From Vulcanisaeta distributa DSM 14429 (GTDB taxonomy: Archaea; Thermoproteota; Thermoprotei; Thermoproteales; Thermocladiaceae): a DNA stretch of 32,000 nt. Where the stretch lies: the NCBI RefSeq assembly GCF_000148385.1, contig NC_014537.1:1500001-1532000 (forward strand), given 5' to 3'. Position numbers and translations under genes: made by a program. Each line of letters starts with the position of its first letter. Within the stretch, counting starts at the first letter, position 1. The notes below the pieces were generated by a model that was given only the letters and a program-made list of their open reading frames with translations, searched no databases and had not been told where the DNA came from. Shown here piece by piece: positions 7,932-17,151 of the stretch.

Positions 7932-10313
7932 TCATTTTCCATTACGTCTCCTCCTAATGATAAGTACTACTATTGCGCTAATTACGGCTATTATTACCGT
8001 ATACATAATCGCCGTGAGCAGGTAATTAATGTACCAGGTCACAGTTATACTCATTGGTTTACTGACAGTGATTACGAGCCCAGGCTCACTTAGAAACACT
8101 CCATCACTAAATACCGTGTTAGGTTTAATCGTAAGTATCTCACCATAGTAAAGCCACTCAGTCATATTAGTTGTGTAAGTACCGTTGACGTTAACGGGGT
8201 ATTCACTATATACCGTAACGAGGTACTGACGCTCAAAATTACTCAGGGATATGCTGAGGGGTGAATTAACAATAATGGTCTCATTACTACCAAGGTAGAC
8301 CAGGCGTGTGCCATTACCTAACACGTAGTACCTAGGCACGAAGATTAATAATGCGGAACTCCTATTTGCCCATGCCGTTATTGAATAACCACTGATGTTC
8401 TGCAGCCCAGATAGGGAAACTATTATGGGCACGGGACTACTCACATTGACTTGGTACTGCTTCGTCCAATTAACAATGACTGTGTATGGATTATTAATTA
8501 GCAGATTAGTGGTGTTAATAGTAATTACGTGGTAGAAGCTAGTCCCTGTAAGGTATATGTAATAGGCATTAAACACCAGTCGCGTCTTATTACCGAGATA
8601 ATAAATTTCTGGTTCATTAAGTGTTACCACGGAATCAGAATTGTACCAACCACCCTTACCATTAAGTAATCCGCTTACGTCATTGATCGTAAGCATATAC
8701 TGTAACGTATAATTAATATACACATTGGTTGGTCCCTGAAGTGTTAAACCCAATGGATTTGCATTGATTGTGTATGAGCTGTTAATTATATAATCCGTAA
8801 ATACAAATCTTGATTCATCAGGAACGATGGACACCATACTGGGTTCATTCAGTATTACCGTACTATTCACGGTATAAATATTGGTAATCGTGCTTTCATT
8901 AATGGGGTTAGTAATTATTAGCGGTATAAAGTACGTATTTAAGAACGCTAAATTCTCAAAGCCATTCACAATATTAACACTGCCATAACCAATAGGTATT
9001 ACGTGAGCATTATATATTATTTCAGCGGTATCAGAGCCGAAACTCCACATAGACGGTATTGGCGACAAGTAGTAATCATATGGATACGGCCATGCAAAAT
9101 AAAGACTTAGCGATGAGTCCAGTGAATTGGCGACCGTGCATTCGCTATTCCATGGTCCGGCAATAACTAACTCGGCATCAATGGGTAATCCTCTACCATC
9201 TTTTGTCGGTGAAACCTCCATATACGCTGATGTGGCCGTTATTTTTATGGTTACGTTGTCGTACCATGTTGTTGTTTGTCCGTTTAGTGAGTATCCGAAG
9301 GCTGCCCATGGGTAGCCATTACTATTCAACCCAACCTTAATGACTAGGTATATTGTGAATGGCAAAGACACCGACTGGGGCTGCTCAATGCCCCAATCAT
9401 AGTAATACTGTTCATTACCTACAGCAGTACTTGACGTGGATATGGCGCCATTACCATTAATTAACGCCGAATTAAGTATACTACTACCACCTGTTTGATT
9501 CCATATGTTATCAAGAACCTGGAACTGATCACTCTGAGAATTGAAACGTACAACATCCTGCAACCAATAATACTGAGCATTACCGCTAGTTGTGTTTACG
9601 ATTAATATGGTATTAAGTTGAATGCTAAACCAGTCATTACCTGGTTCTACAGAGCCTGTTAGGCATGAGTTAGGTTCTTGTGTTATGGCATTATATATTG
9701 TTGTTTCGCCTACGAACTCGTTCGTCTTATAGCTATAAGCCATATATTCATTGCCAACCTTCATTATTCCATAATCAGCGATACCCATTGGGTTAGCCCA
9801 TTGTATGCTTGGTATCTTAGTTATCATTACTATGAAATTTACCAAGGCAGCGTTGTTTCCATTATTTAGTACCACCATGTAATAAGTCCCTGTCTCATTT
9901 ACGTAGTAATAACCCGTGATATTACTACCACTTATAGAGTATAGATACCCGCTGAGGAATTTCCCAGTAGATGAGTAATTGTTAAATTGTTGCTTTGTCA
10001 GTATGTAAAGAGTTATTGATGAATTGCTCCAAACACCAAAATCAATATAATAACCACTTGTTAAATTCCAATAATTATAATGATACCAACCGGGTAATAA
10101 AAGCACTATATTACTAGTTATGTTGTTGCCGAAATACCCCAGTGAAGTGTATGGTGATAAGCCTACAAATTTAAACATGGTCACTGGAGGTATCTTAATC
10201 GTATAGCCCAGCAATTCATTAGTTGCGTAACTTAATACGGGACTTATGATTAGCAACGTGGTAAAGCTAAGGATTAATAATTCCAGAAATAATGGTGCAG
10301 TATTATTTCCCAT
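7932..10313 (-). CDS. thermopsin-family (peptidase A5) protein with C-terminal repeat modules and a C-terminal membrane anchor
   Basis: 793 aa. The N-terminus has a hydrophobic signal/anchor. The central region (NPMGIADYG ... DWFSIQLNTIL ... QYYWLQDVVRF) matches thermopsin signature blocks as I recall them. The C-terminal third holds repeated (Q/E)Y-x-(L/V)-(T/N)-(I/V) modules. The end is a TM helix plus RRRRNGK. I hand-counted about two dozen N-x-S/T sequons. Confidence 0.7.
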   Translation of the reverse strand: MGNNTAPLFLELLILSFTTLLIISPVLSYATNELLGYTIKIPPVTMFKFVGLSPYTSLGYFGNNITSNIVLLLPGWYHYNYWNLTSGYYIDFGVWSNSSITLYILTKQQFNNYSSTGKFLSGYLYSISGSNITGYYYVNETGTYYMVVLNNGNNAALVNFIVMITKIPSIQWANPMGIADYGIMKVGNEYMAYSYKTNEFVGETTIYNAITQEPNSCLTGSVEPGNDWFSIQLNTILIVNTTSGNAQYYWLQDVVRFNSQSDQFQVLDNIWNQTGGSSILNSALINGNGAISTSSTAVGNEQYYYDWGIEQPQSVSLPFTIYLVIKVGLNSNGYPWAAFGYSLNGQTTTWYDNVTIKITATSAYMEVSPTKDGRGLPIDAELVIAGPWNSECTVANSLDSSLSLYFAWPYPYDYYLSPIPSMWSFGSDTAEIIYNAHVIPIGYGSVNIVNGFENLAFLNTYFIPLIITNPINESTITNIYTVNSTVILNEPSMVSIVPDESRFVFTDYIINSSYTINANPLGLTLQGPTNVYINYTLQYMLTINDVSGLLNGKGGWYNSDSVVTLNEPEIYYLGNKTRLVFNAYYIYLTGTSFYHVITINTTNLLINNPYTVIVNWTKQYQVNVSSPVPIIVSLSGLQNISGYSITAWANRSSALLIFVPRYYVLGNGTRLVYLGSNETIIVNSPLSISLSNFERQYLVTVYSEYPVNVNGTYTTNMTEWLYYGEILTIKPNTVFSDGVFLSEPGLVITVSKPMSITVTWYINYLLTAIMYTVIIAVISAIVVLIIRRRRNGK

Positions 10314-10329
10314 AATTAATTAGTATTTT

Positions 10330-10355
10330 GGAAATAATTTATAAGAATTATTTCC
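10330..10355. promoter_or_regulatory. inverted repeat (10-bp perfect arms) enclosing the TATA-like box of the thermopsin-family gene
   Basis: GGAAATAATT-tataag-AATTATTTCC. On the gene's strand the centre reads CTTATAAAT, about 29 nt upstream of the ATG at 10313. Confidence 0.3.
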
Positions 10356-10386
10356 TTTGGGTAAATAAAAAATAGAGTGTTAGGAG

Positions 10387-11520
10387 CTATCGAACCCTTA
10401 ATGCTAATTGATAGATTATTGCCGATATAACTATTATAATGCCCATCACGATCCATAGAAATTGATAGCTTGTATTGATGAGAATAATCGACGCCACCAT
10501 TGGGGCAACCGCACCACTTAACTGCCAGAAGAGGTTAGTAACGCCAGCAACACTACCGGCTAATTCGCCGCCGATCTTGGAAACGGCGGTTGAGTTTGCT
10601 GGCGTTATTACAAACCTGATAAAGCCCATGGACGCCGCCAACACCATTAGTGGTAATTCCCTGGTGACCACGGCAAGCAACATTGTTGAAACTCCGTAAA
10701 GCGCCTCGAATAACGATAAGGTATTCCTAACACCCAAGCCTCGGATTATATAGCCAGCGATTAATGTCGATGGAATACCCAGTAATGCGAGGAGCGAGTA
10801 AGCGAGACCAGCCACGTAATCGTTAAGTCCTATTGATAGGAAGTACTTATACGCGTATAGCGTTATTGTCCAGTATGACATAAAGAATAGAAAACCAGAG
10901 AGACTAATAACTATAACGTCACTATTCCTCAATAACCTAAGGTTTAATGCGCTACGTGCATTACTGCCATAACCCCTAACATTAATGGGCATGTATAGTG
11001 AGGCTATGATTATTGAGGTGAGGGCGATTATGTAATAACTCCACCTCCAACCAAGGACAATGCAGATCTCAGGTAGGGTAGCACCGGCAAGCACTATGGA
11101 TAATGGCCAGGCGATGCTGTAATAACCCATGGCCACCGGCAGTTCAGGGCCGCTGAAGTTAATGGTCAATAACTTCACGGTTGCTGGGTAAATCCACCCA
11201 GCGCTCAACCCCATAAAGAGGCTGGCCACATACTCAACCCACATGGTACTAGCTACGCCAGATACTAAAGATGATGCCGCTAGGCCTATTAATGATATCA
11301 CGATCACGTACTTAGGACCCACCCTATCTGAGATAATCCCGGCAGGTACTTGGACAACCACATAACCTATGAAGAATAATGAGAAGACAATGCTATCTTC
11401 AACAATGGTTGGCTTCAACGATGAGTATGTAGATACAATACTCCAGGCAAGCCTAGAGAAATAGCTCATGAAGAAGGAAGCCGACGCAACTCCTACCACG
11501 TACATGTCCCTAATCCTCAT
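10387..11520 (-). CDS. MFS transporter
   Basis: 377 aa and hydrophobic throughout, with about 10-12 predicted helices by eye. The MFS motif-A-like GIISDRVGPKY follows TM2. Confidence 0.8.
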   Translation of the reverse strand: MRIRDMYVVGVASASFFMSYFSRLAWSIVSTYSSLKPTIVEDSIVFSLFFIGYVVVQVPAGIISDRVGPKYVIVISLIGLAASSLVSGVASTMWVEYVASLFMGLSAGWIYPATVKLLTINFSGPELPVAMGYYSIAWPLSIVLAGATLPEICIVLGWRWSYYIIALTSIIIASLYMPINVRGYGSNARSALNLRLLRNSDVIVISLSGFLFFMSYWTITLYAYKYFLSIGLNDYVAGLAYSLLALLGIPSTLIAGYIIRGLGVRNTLSLFEALYGVSTMLLAVVTRELPLMVLAASMGFIRFVITPANSTAVSKIGGELAGSVAGVTNLFWQLSGAVAPMVASIILINTSYQFLWIVMGIIIVISAIIYQLALRVR

Positions 11521-11768
11521 GCCCCTAACATAGAGTTGGGTCTTGACCTATTTATGCCATTTCCCTAAAGTGTTCGTGCAGCGGCGGCGTAGATTGGGTC
11601 TATTATTGAGTACTCATCATCCCTCTTCTCAACGATACTCATATTCACCAGCATATTGGCTCCGGAGAAAAGAGCATTTAAGTGCAACTTAGTTAATTTA
11701 GTTTTCACGTTAATTAGGGTTATTAAACGTTTAACTAAGTATAAAAGGGATTCCATACTGACGTAGCA

Positions 11769-13193
11769 TTGATGGCAAAGCAGAGGAGTAGTGAGTTGAT
11801 GAGGAATGCCACGGGCTTTCTTGGTTCACTGTATAATTCATTGGCTGGTCAGGCGCCGGCTTACAGTATAGCGGGTGGTGCAGCCCTAATAATGGGCAGC
11901 GCATACGCAGCGGCGCCATTAGCAATGTTGCTCACGTTGCTTGGCGTACTAGCTATCGTCTACTCAATATTCGTGCTCGCCCGTAAATACCCACATGCAG
12001 CGAGTTTCTACGCTTACGTGACGAACACAATCAATGCAAGGACGGGCTTCGTGAATGGCATCGTTTATGCGGTGTTCTATAGCATTGTTGGTGTTGGTTC
12101 GGTCGCCATAGCCTTCGCATACCTCGGCACGGAGGGCATATACGCAGTAACGGGCCACGTGATAAACCCACTAATCTTATTACCAATACCCATAGTCCTA
12201 GCCCTGGTACCCGCGGTCCTCGGTATAAGGCCGAGCATAAGGACTGAGATGACGTTGACCAGTATCGAGATAGCTATCCTATTAATATTCGTAATCCTCT
12301 CATTCGCAGCAAATCTTAATAGGCTCTCGGCATTACCATTCACGGTACAGGGAACCTTCGCAACAACACCCACCGGCATGTTGGCAGCATTGTCGGGAGG
12401 CCTAATCTTCGCAATAACCTACTTCATGGGCTTTGAGGTGAGTACGCAAATATCTGAGGAGGTTAGGGACCCGAGGAAGAGCGTGCCAACGAGTACGCTG
12501 TGGGCCACGGTATTCATGGGAATACTATACATACTAGTCACATACGCAATACTACTTAACATAGGCTACACACAAAGTGCCATTAATAACTTCGTGAGTA
12601 TGGCCGAGGGCATGGGCCCGAACCCGGTCTACACATTGATAGGGCATTACCTGGGTACCGCAGGACTAGTATTATTTGCAATAAGCGTTATGCTCAGTGT
12701 GTTCGGGTGCTACCTGGCCACGCTAAATGCAACCGCGAGGATGCTCTATGGAATGGCAAGGGACGGATTACTACCCGCCTGGCTCGCTGAGACCCATCCC
12801 AAGTATAAGAGCCCGCACAAGGCCCTTTACCTAAGCACCGCTGTGGCTGTATTAACCATAGTGCTCGCATACGCCGCAGCATACGTGAGTGGTTACGTCA
12901 AGCCCCTGGAGTTGACTTATAATGCCATGGAGGATGCCTACGCCATAGACTCCCTATACTACGTACTAAGCCTAATACTCGTGGCGGCGGGAGCCCTGAG
13001 ACTAACCACCTGGGGTGGCAGGATAGCCATAGCCATTGGAATAGCCATACTCGCAATAACCTTCTACTACTCAATAGTGAGTACTTGGTACCTGGCTATA
13101 TTAATAGCGTCGATAATACTCACGGTAGCCGTATCATACGCCATAAATGCCAGGATAAGGAGAATAAAGGTAACGGTATGTCCATATTGTTAA
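11769..13193 (+). CDS. APC-superfamily amino acid/polyamine permease
   Basis: 474 aa polytopic membrane protein with the APC consensus-like block FMGFEVSTQISEEVRDPRKSVP. The likely start is the ATG at 11772, since the track start is TTG. TATA-like AGTATAAAAG lies at 11738-11747. Confidence 0.85.
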   Translation: MMAKQRSSELMRNATGFLGSLYNSLAGQAPAYSIAGGAALIMGSAYAAAPLAMLLTLLGVLAIVYSIFVLARKYPHAASFYAYVTNTINARTGFVNGIVYAVFYSIVGVGSVAIAFAYLGTEGIYAVTGHVINPLILLPIPIVLALVPAVLGIRPSIRTEMTLTSIEIAILLIFVILSFAANLNRLSALPFTVQGTFATTPTGMLAALSGGLIFAITYFMGFEVSTQISEEVRDPRKSVPTSTLWATVFMGILYILVTYAILLNIGYTQSAINNFVSMAEGMGPNPVYTLIGHYLGTAGLVLFAISVMLSVFGCYLATLNATARMLYGMARDGLLPAWLAETHPKYKSPHKALYLSTAVAVLTIVLAYAAAYVSGYVKPLELTYNAMEDAYAIDSLYYVLSLILVAAGALRLTTWGGRIAIAIGIAILAITFYYSIVSTWYLAILIASIILTVAVSYAINARIRRIKVTVCPYC

Positions 13194-13253
13194 CGTTCAA
13201 TTTAAGATAATGAGGTAATAAAGCTTAATAATGTATTAATCAGTTTATTCAAA

Positions 13254-15155
13254 ATGCCAAAGACATCGAAATGTGGTAAGTTTATTTGCTTAAATAGTGA
13301 CATTAAATTCCTGCTTGGTGTTAATTATTTTCCAAGAAAGTCAAACATAAAGATGTGGAGTAAATGGAATATGGACGATATCCGTAACGAATTAAATGTA
13401 ATGAGAAGCCTTGGCATTCGTGCAGTAAGGTTCTTCATTATTGCCGAGGATTTTATGGACAATTATGGAAATATTAATGAAGACACGGTAAGAAAGCTTA
13501 AGGAGTTTCTGGACTTACTTAGGGAGTATGGTATAATTGGATTTCCAACACTATTTGTGGGTCACATGAGCGGGAGAAATTGGAGGGTACCTTTTCTCGT
13601 GAATGGTGATCCTTACGATGAAGAATCGATTACTAGGTTTACGCAATTCGTGACTAACATCGTGAATGAGCTAAAAAACCATGAGGCATTGGGTGGTTGG
13701 ATATTAACGAATGAAATAAGCCTATTCAAAAGGCCTGAAAACAGAGATAGAGCCCTGGCATTTTTATCTGCCGTAACAAGTGCAATAAAGAGGATTGACC
13801 CCAATCACGTAGTATCGTCCGGCGATGTATTTTATGGGCCCATGCAGGAGGAGCCAAATGTTAGGGGTATGGTTGATTACATAGGTCCTCACCTATACCT
13901 TTATCATGATGACCCAGTACTGCATGGTTACTTATATGGCGCTCACCTAGACCTGGCGTCTAATGGTGGCTCATCACCCGTGCTCCTTGAGGAATTTGGC
14001 TTTAGCACGTTACAGTATCCCGAGGAATGGCAGGCTCGTTTTATAAACGAGGTCCTATATACGGCTATTGCGCATGAATCATCAGGTGCCTTTATATGGT
14101 GTTTCGCGGACTTTATAAATGATAAGGACCCACCATATGAATGGAGGCCTTTAGAGCTTGGCTTTGGAATAATTGATAAGTTTGGTAAGCCTAAACTAGC
14201 CGCGGATGTTGTCTCGGAGTTTTCAAAAACAATGATTAATCTCGAAGAATTAGGACTGTATAATAGGTTTAGGCGAATGCCGAAGACGACGGTAGTAATT
14301 CCATTTTATGCATATAAAGATTATGAATTTGTAAGCTATAAGGATTATAGCAGCGTACTTATGTCGGACATTTTATTAACAATGGTTGGTGCGCAGGTAA
14401 GGGTTGTTTATGAATTAGATCGGGAGAGGATTGGTGATGGTCTTGTTTTAATGCCTTCAGTTCCTCTTGCATTAACAAGTACATGGGATTACCTCCTAAG
14501 TAGTGTTAAGTCAGGTAGTAATCTATATGTCTCGTTACTTAGGCAGTCATTTCATGAATCGCCAACCCACCTATGGGATGAATTATTCGGTGTTAAGCCA
14601 TCATCGTGGGCCGGGAGCAAAGGCAGGGTAATAAGTGGTAACGTTAAAATAAGCATTAAGCATGACTTTGGATCACTAAGGGCTGGTGATTCTCTATCAA
14701 TAACTGTGGGTAATCCCACTTATCTATATGAGGTTAAGCCTACGGACGCTACCGTAATAGCCACGCTTAATGACGACTTACCTGTGGTGTTCATGACCAG
14801 AAGAGGTAACGGCGTTGTCATTTTATCGATAATACCATTCGAACATATAATCACTGTCACAGGGAAATACATGGAGGTTTTACCATTCTATAAAGCACTT
14901 ATTGATTTAATGGGGTCTCAACAAATAGCTTATTCCTCATTGCCTGAGTTAGAGGTTCAGACATTTTATGGGGATAACGAACATTTACTGTTCATAATTA
15001 ATCACTCCATAAATGACGTAGTGGGTAGCATTAAACTAAATGGTAAGGTGAGTAGAGTTGAGAGGATTGGGGGTCTTGGAGATGTGAAGCTGAACGATAA
15101 CGTCATTAATGTAAACATTGAACGTAAATCAGGGCTAGCATTAAGGATTGAGTGA
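13254..15155 (+). CDS. cytoplasmic clan GH-A glycoside hydrolase (GH5-like catalytic motifs with a GH42-like middle domain); specificity unknown
   Basis: 633 aa with no signal peptide. The TIM-barrel-type N-terminal half has a candidate acid/base in WILTNEISL and a nucleophile in VLLEEFGFS. The following region (TTVVIPFYAY...GAQVRVVYELD...LVLMPSVPLAL...GSNLYVSL) resembles the GH42 trimerisation/middle domain pattern. Confidence 0.65.
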   Translation: MPKTSKCGKFICLNSDIKFLLGVNYFPRKSNIKMWSKWNMDDIRNELNVMRSLGIRAVRFFIIAEDFMDNYGNINEDTVRKLKEFLDLLREYGIIGFPTLFVGHMSGRNWRVPFLVNGDPYDEESITRFTQFVTNIVNELKNHEALGGWILTNEISLFKRPENRDRALAFLSAVTSAIKRIDPNHVVSSGDVFYGPMQEEPNVRGMVDYIGPHLYLYHDDPVLHGYLYGAHLDLASNGGSSPVLLEEFGFSTLQYPEEWQARFINEVLYTAIAHESSGAFIWCFADFINDKDPPYEWRPLELGFGIIDKFGKPKLAADVVSEFSKTMINLEELGLYNRFRRMPKTTVVIPFYAYKDYEFVSYKDYSSVLMSDILLTMVGAQVRVVYELDRERIGDGLVLMPSVPLALTSTWDYLLSSVKSGSNLYVSLLRQSFHESPTHLWDELFGVKPSSWAGSKGRVISGNVKISIKHDFGSLRAGDSLSITVGNPTYLYEVKPTDATVIATLNDDLPVVFMTRRGNGVVILSIIPFEHIITVTGKYMEVLPFYKALIDLMGSQQIAYSSLPELEVQTFYGDNEHLLFIINHSINDVVGSIKLNGKVSRVERIGGLGDVKLNDNVINVNIERKSGLALRIE

Positions 15156-16138
15156 TTAGTATGGTTAACAAATCAAGGTCAGGCTTAATGAATGCGTTAT
15201 TAAGTACGGCCCGCTTTTATATTCAGTACGTACATAAGCCTGAGGTTGACATGGGTTTTGCCTTAGCTCTAATTTCCTACATATTAAGGGCTATTGCCTC
15301 TGGATACTTAATACCAATTGCATTAGCAAGGCTCACTAACTCAATGGTTAAGGAAAATTCCTCATTCTTCCTCACAAATTCCGTTATTTATTTCATAATT
15401 ACCATGATTATTGTATCCTTACTATACGCGTCTTCCGAATGGTTATTTAGACCCTTTTGGAACAGTATAGCTAAGGCTATTGTTAATATTAAAGAGCTAA
15501 TAATAAATAGGGTTAGTAATGATGGAATTGACAGGCTAAATAATGGTGATATTAACGATATCATTGGTAGGATTGTAAATGATGTTGATTTTGTGATGTG
15601 GAATATTGGTAATATGTATAATACCTTTATGCCAAATATACTCACTGCATTAACATCGATAATAACGATAATGCAGTTAGACCTACTAATTGGAGGTATT
15701 GCATTGGTTCTCGTACCCCTATCAGCGTTGATAATCGAGCCTTATGTCCGGGGTGTGGAGAATGCCAGGCGAATTGAGAGGAGTGCGTATAGTGAGTCAA
15801 TACACAGGGTTGAGGAATTTCTCAAGGGGGACGTTAATAACGTTGATTTAGTCCGAGGTTCATTACGTAAATGGATCAATGGAATATCTAATCAAATAAA
15901 GTGGGATAGGGTTTATTGGTCATCGGCGTTGGCATATGCGTATGCGACGCCTTTACTATTATCCGGCCTGGGCATTTATAGGGTACGAACTAATGAAATG
16001 TCGCTGGGTAGTTTAATAGGCATTATATACGCTTCATTGAATGCCTATCCATCATTAATAAATGCGTTATGGGGCATATGTTTATTAGCTCAAAACGTGG
16101 TGCCGATCAGGAGAATCGAGGAATTGATTGAAGACTAG
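15152..16138 (+). CDS. ABC exporter transmembrane domain only (type-I exporter TMD, no nucleotide-binding domain)
   Basis: 328 aa with a six-helix-like hydrophobic pattern. The C-terminal tail LAQNVVPIRRIEELIED* resembles the TMD-NBD linker of MsbA-like half transporters. There are no Walker or signature motifs, and only 20 nt separate it from the convergent gene. The start is GTG 15152 (overlapping the GH stop) or ATG 15161. Confidence 0.6.
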   Translation: MISMVNKSRSGLMNALLSTARFYIQYVHKPEVDMGFALALISYILRAIASGYLIPIALARLTNSMVKENSSFFLTNSVIYFIITMIIVSLLYASSEWLFRPFWNSIAKAIVNIKELIINRVSNDGIDRLNNGDINDIIGRIVNDVDFVMWNIGNMYNTFMPNILTALTSIITIMQLDLLIGGIALVLVPLSALIIEPYVRGVENARRIERSAYSESIHRVEEFLKGDVNNVDLVRGSLRKWINGISNQIKWDRVYWSSALAYAYATPLLLSGLGIYRVRTNEMSLGSLIGIIYASLNAYPSLINALWGICLLAQNVVPIRRIEELIED

Positions 16139-16158
16139 AGGATAAAATGCATGGTATA

Positions 16159-17151
16159 TCATCTAACTATGCTAATATTGTATATCCTCCAATAAATCTC
16201 ACTGCTGTTGATGTACATATTGCCAAACTCACTGCCTAACTCTATATCCATGAGCCATAGATTGGAAACATTATCTGGGCTTTTCCATATTGATGGGCAC
16301 TTCTGTGGTAATAATGTCACCATGTAGTTCAAGAACGGGGCCAACCATACACCAATATTACCATTTCTATACCCACCATTAACTGGAACAAAGGCTATGT
16401 ATGTCCAACCAGCCCCATGATTACAATTTATCAATACCATGAAGGTCTCATTAATTAGGGTTCCGTTTACGTAAATCGGTATATTAACGTTAATACCCGT
16501 ATAGGCCCATTGAGTATTATAACCACTATAGTAAAGCCAAATCATCATCTCAGCATCACCTGGCCCAACACCAGTTACGTTTGGATCCCTGAGAAACCAA
16601 ATATCATATGCCCAATCCATAGGTGTTGATGGACTATGTATCAGTGTGTAATTTACATAAATTCCTAGGTTAGGGTATGAACTTAATAAGTCATTTATCC
16701 TTTGCGGTAAATTAATTATCTCATTTACCGGCGACTTAAACCACGGACTTTTACCAACGAGGAATATCTCTGGGTAACCCCAGACCTGGCTCTCTGGACT
16801 TTTCAATACAGCATTACTTAATAACGCATAAAAGCAAAGTACACCCTTATTAGGATTATATGTCATCTTTGCATAGCCCTTACTAAAGTTTGCCAGGTTC
16901 CACATGTTTATGTATATCTCATACTTGTTATTACTCCACGCTATTATATACGTAGATGGTCCAGGTAATTCCAGTGAAGAGTTCAGAGTTAAACATGTAT
17001 AGTTCTCTCTACAAATACACCTATTACTAATCGTTCTCGAACCCATCAATGTCAATTTGTTAGTGAGGAAAAATATAAGTACTATAGTAAGGACGATAAT
17101 AATCACTAATATTGATGAAATAATTACGTACCTACGATTTACGAGTGTCAT
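16159..17151 (-). CDS. GH12-like endo-beta-1,4-glucanase with an N-terminal signal anchor
   Basis: 330 aa. The N-terminal TM is YVIISSILVIIIVLTIVLIFFL. AYDIWFL and DAEMMIWLYY fit the GH12 nucleophile block, and MDIELGSEFG fits the acid/base block. The start overlaps the upstream ATPase gene by 20 nt. Confidence 0.6.
   Translation of the reverse strand: MTLVNRRYVIISSILVIIIVLTIVLIFFLTNKLTLMGSRTISNRCICRENYTCLTLNSSLELPGPSTYIIAWSNNKYEIYINMWNLANFSKGYAKMTYNPNKGVLCFYALLSNAVLKSPESQVWGYPEIFLVGKSPWFKSPVNEIINLPQRINDLLSSYPNLGIYVNYTLIHSPSTPMDWAYDIWFLRDPNVTGVGPGDAEMMIWLYYSGYNTQWAYTGINVNIPIYVNGTLINETFMVLINCNHGAGWTYIAFVPVNGGYRNGNIGVWLAPFLNYMVTLLPQKCPSIWKSPDNVSNLWLMDIELGSEFGNMYINSSEIYWRIYNISIVR

Noticed and set aside
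11565-11756. 63-aa minus-strand ORF between the MFS and APC genes
   Set aside because: It has no recognisable motif. Its 5' end overlaps the palindrome and TATA box of the divergent APC promoter, and the 248-bp region is a normal size for two divergent promoters. A real small protein cannot be excluded without conservation data.
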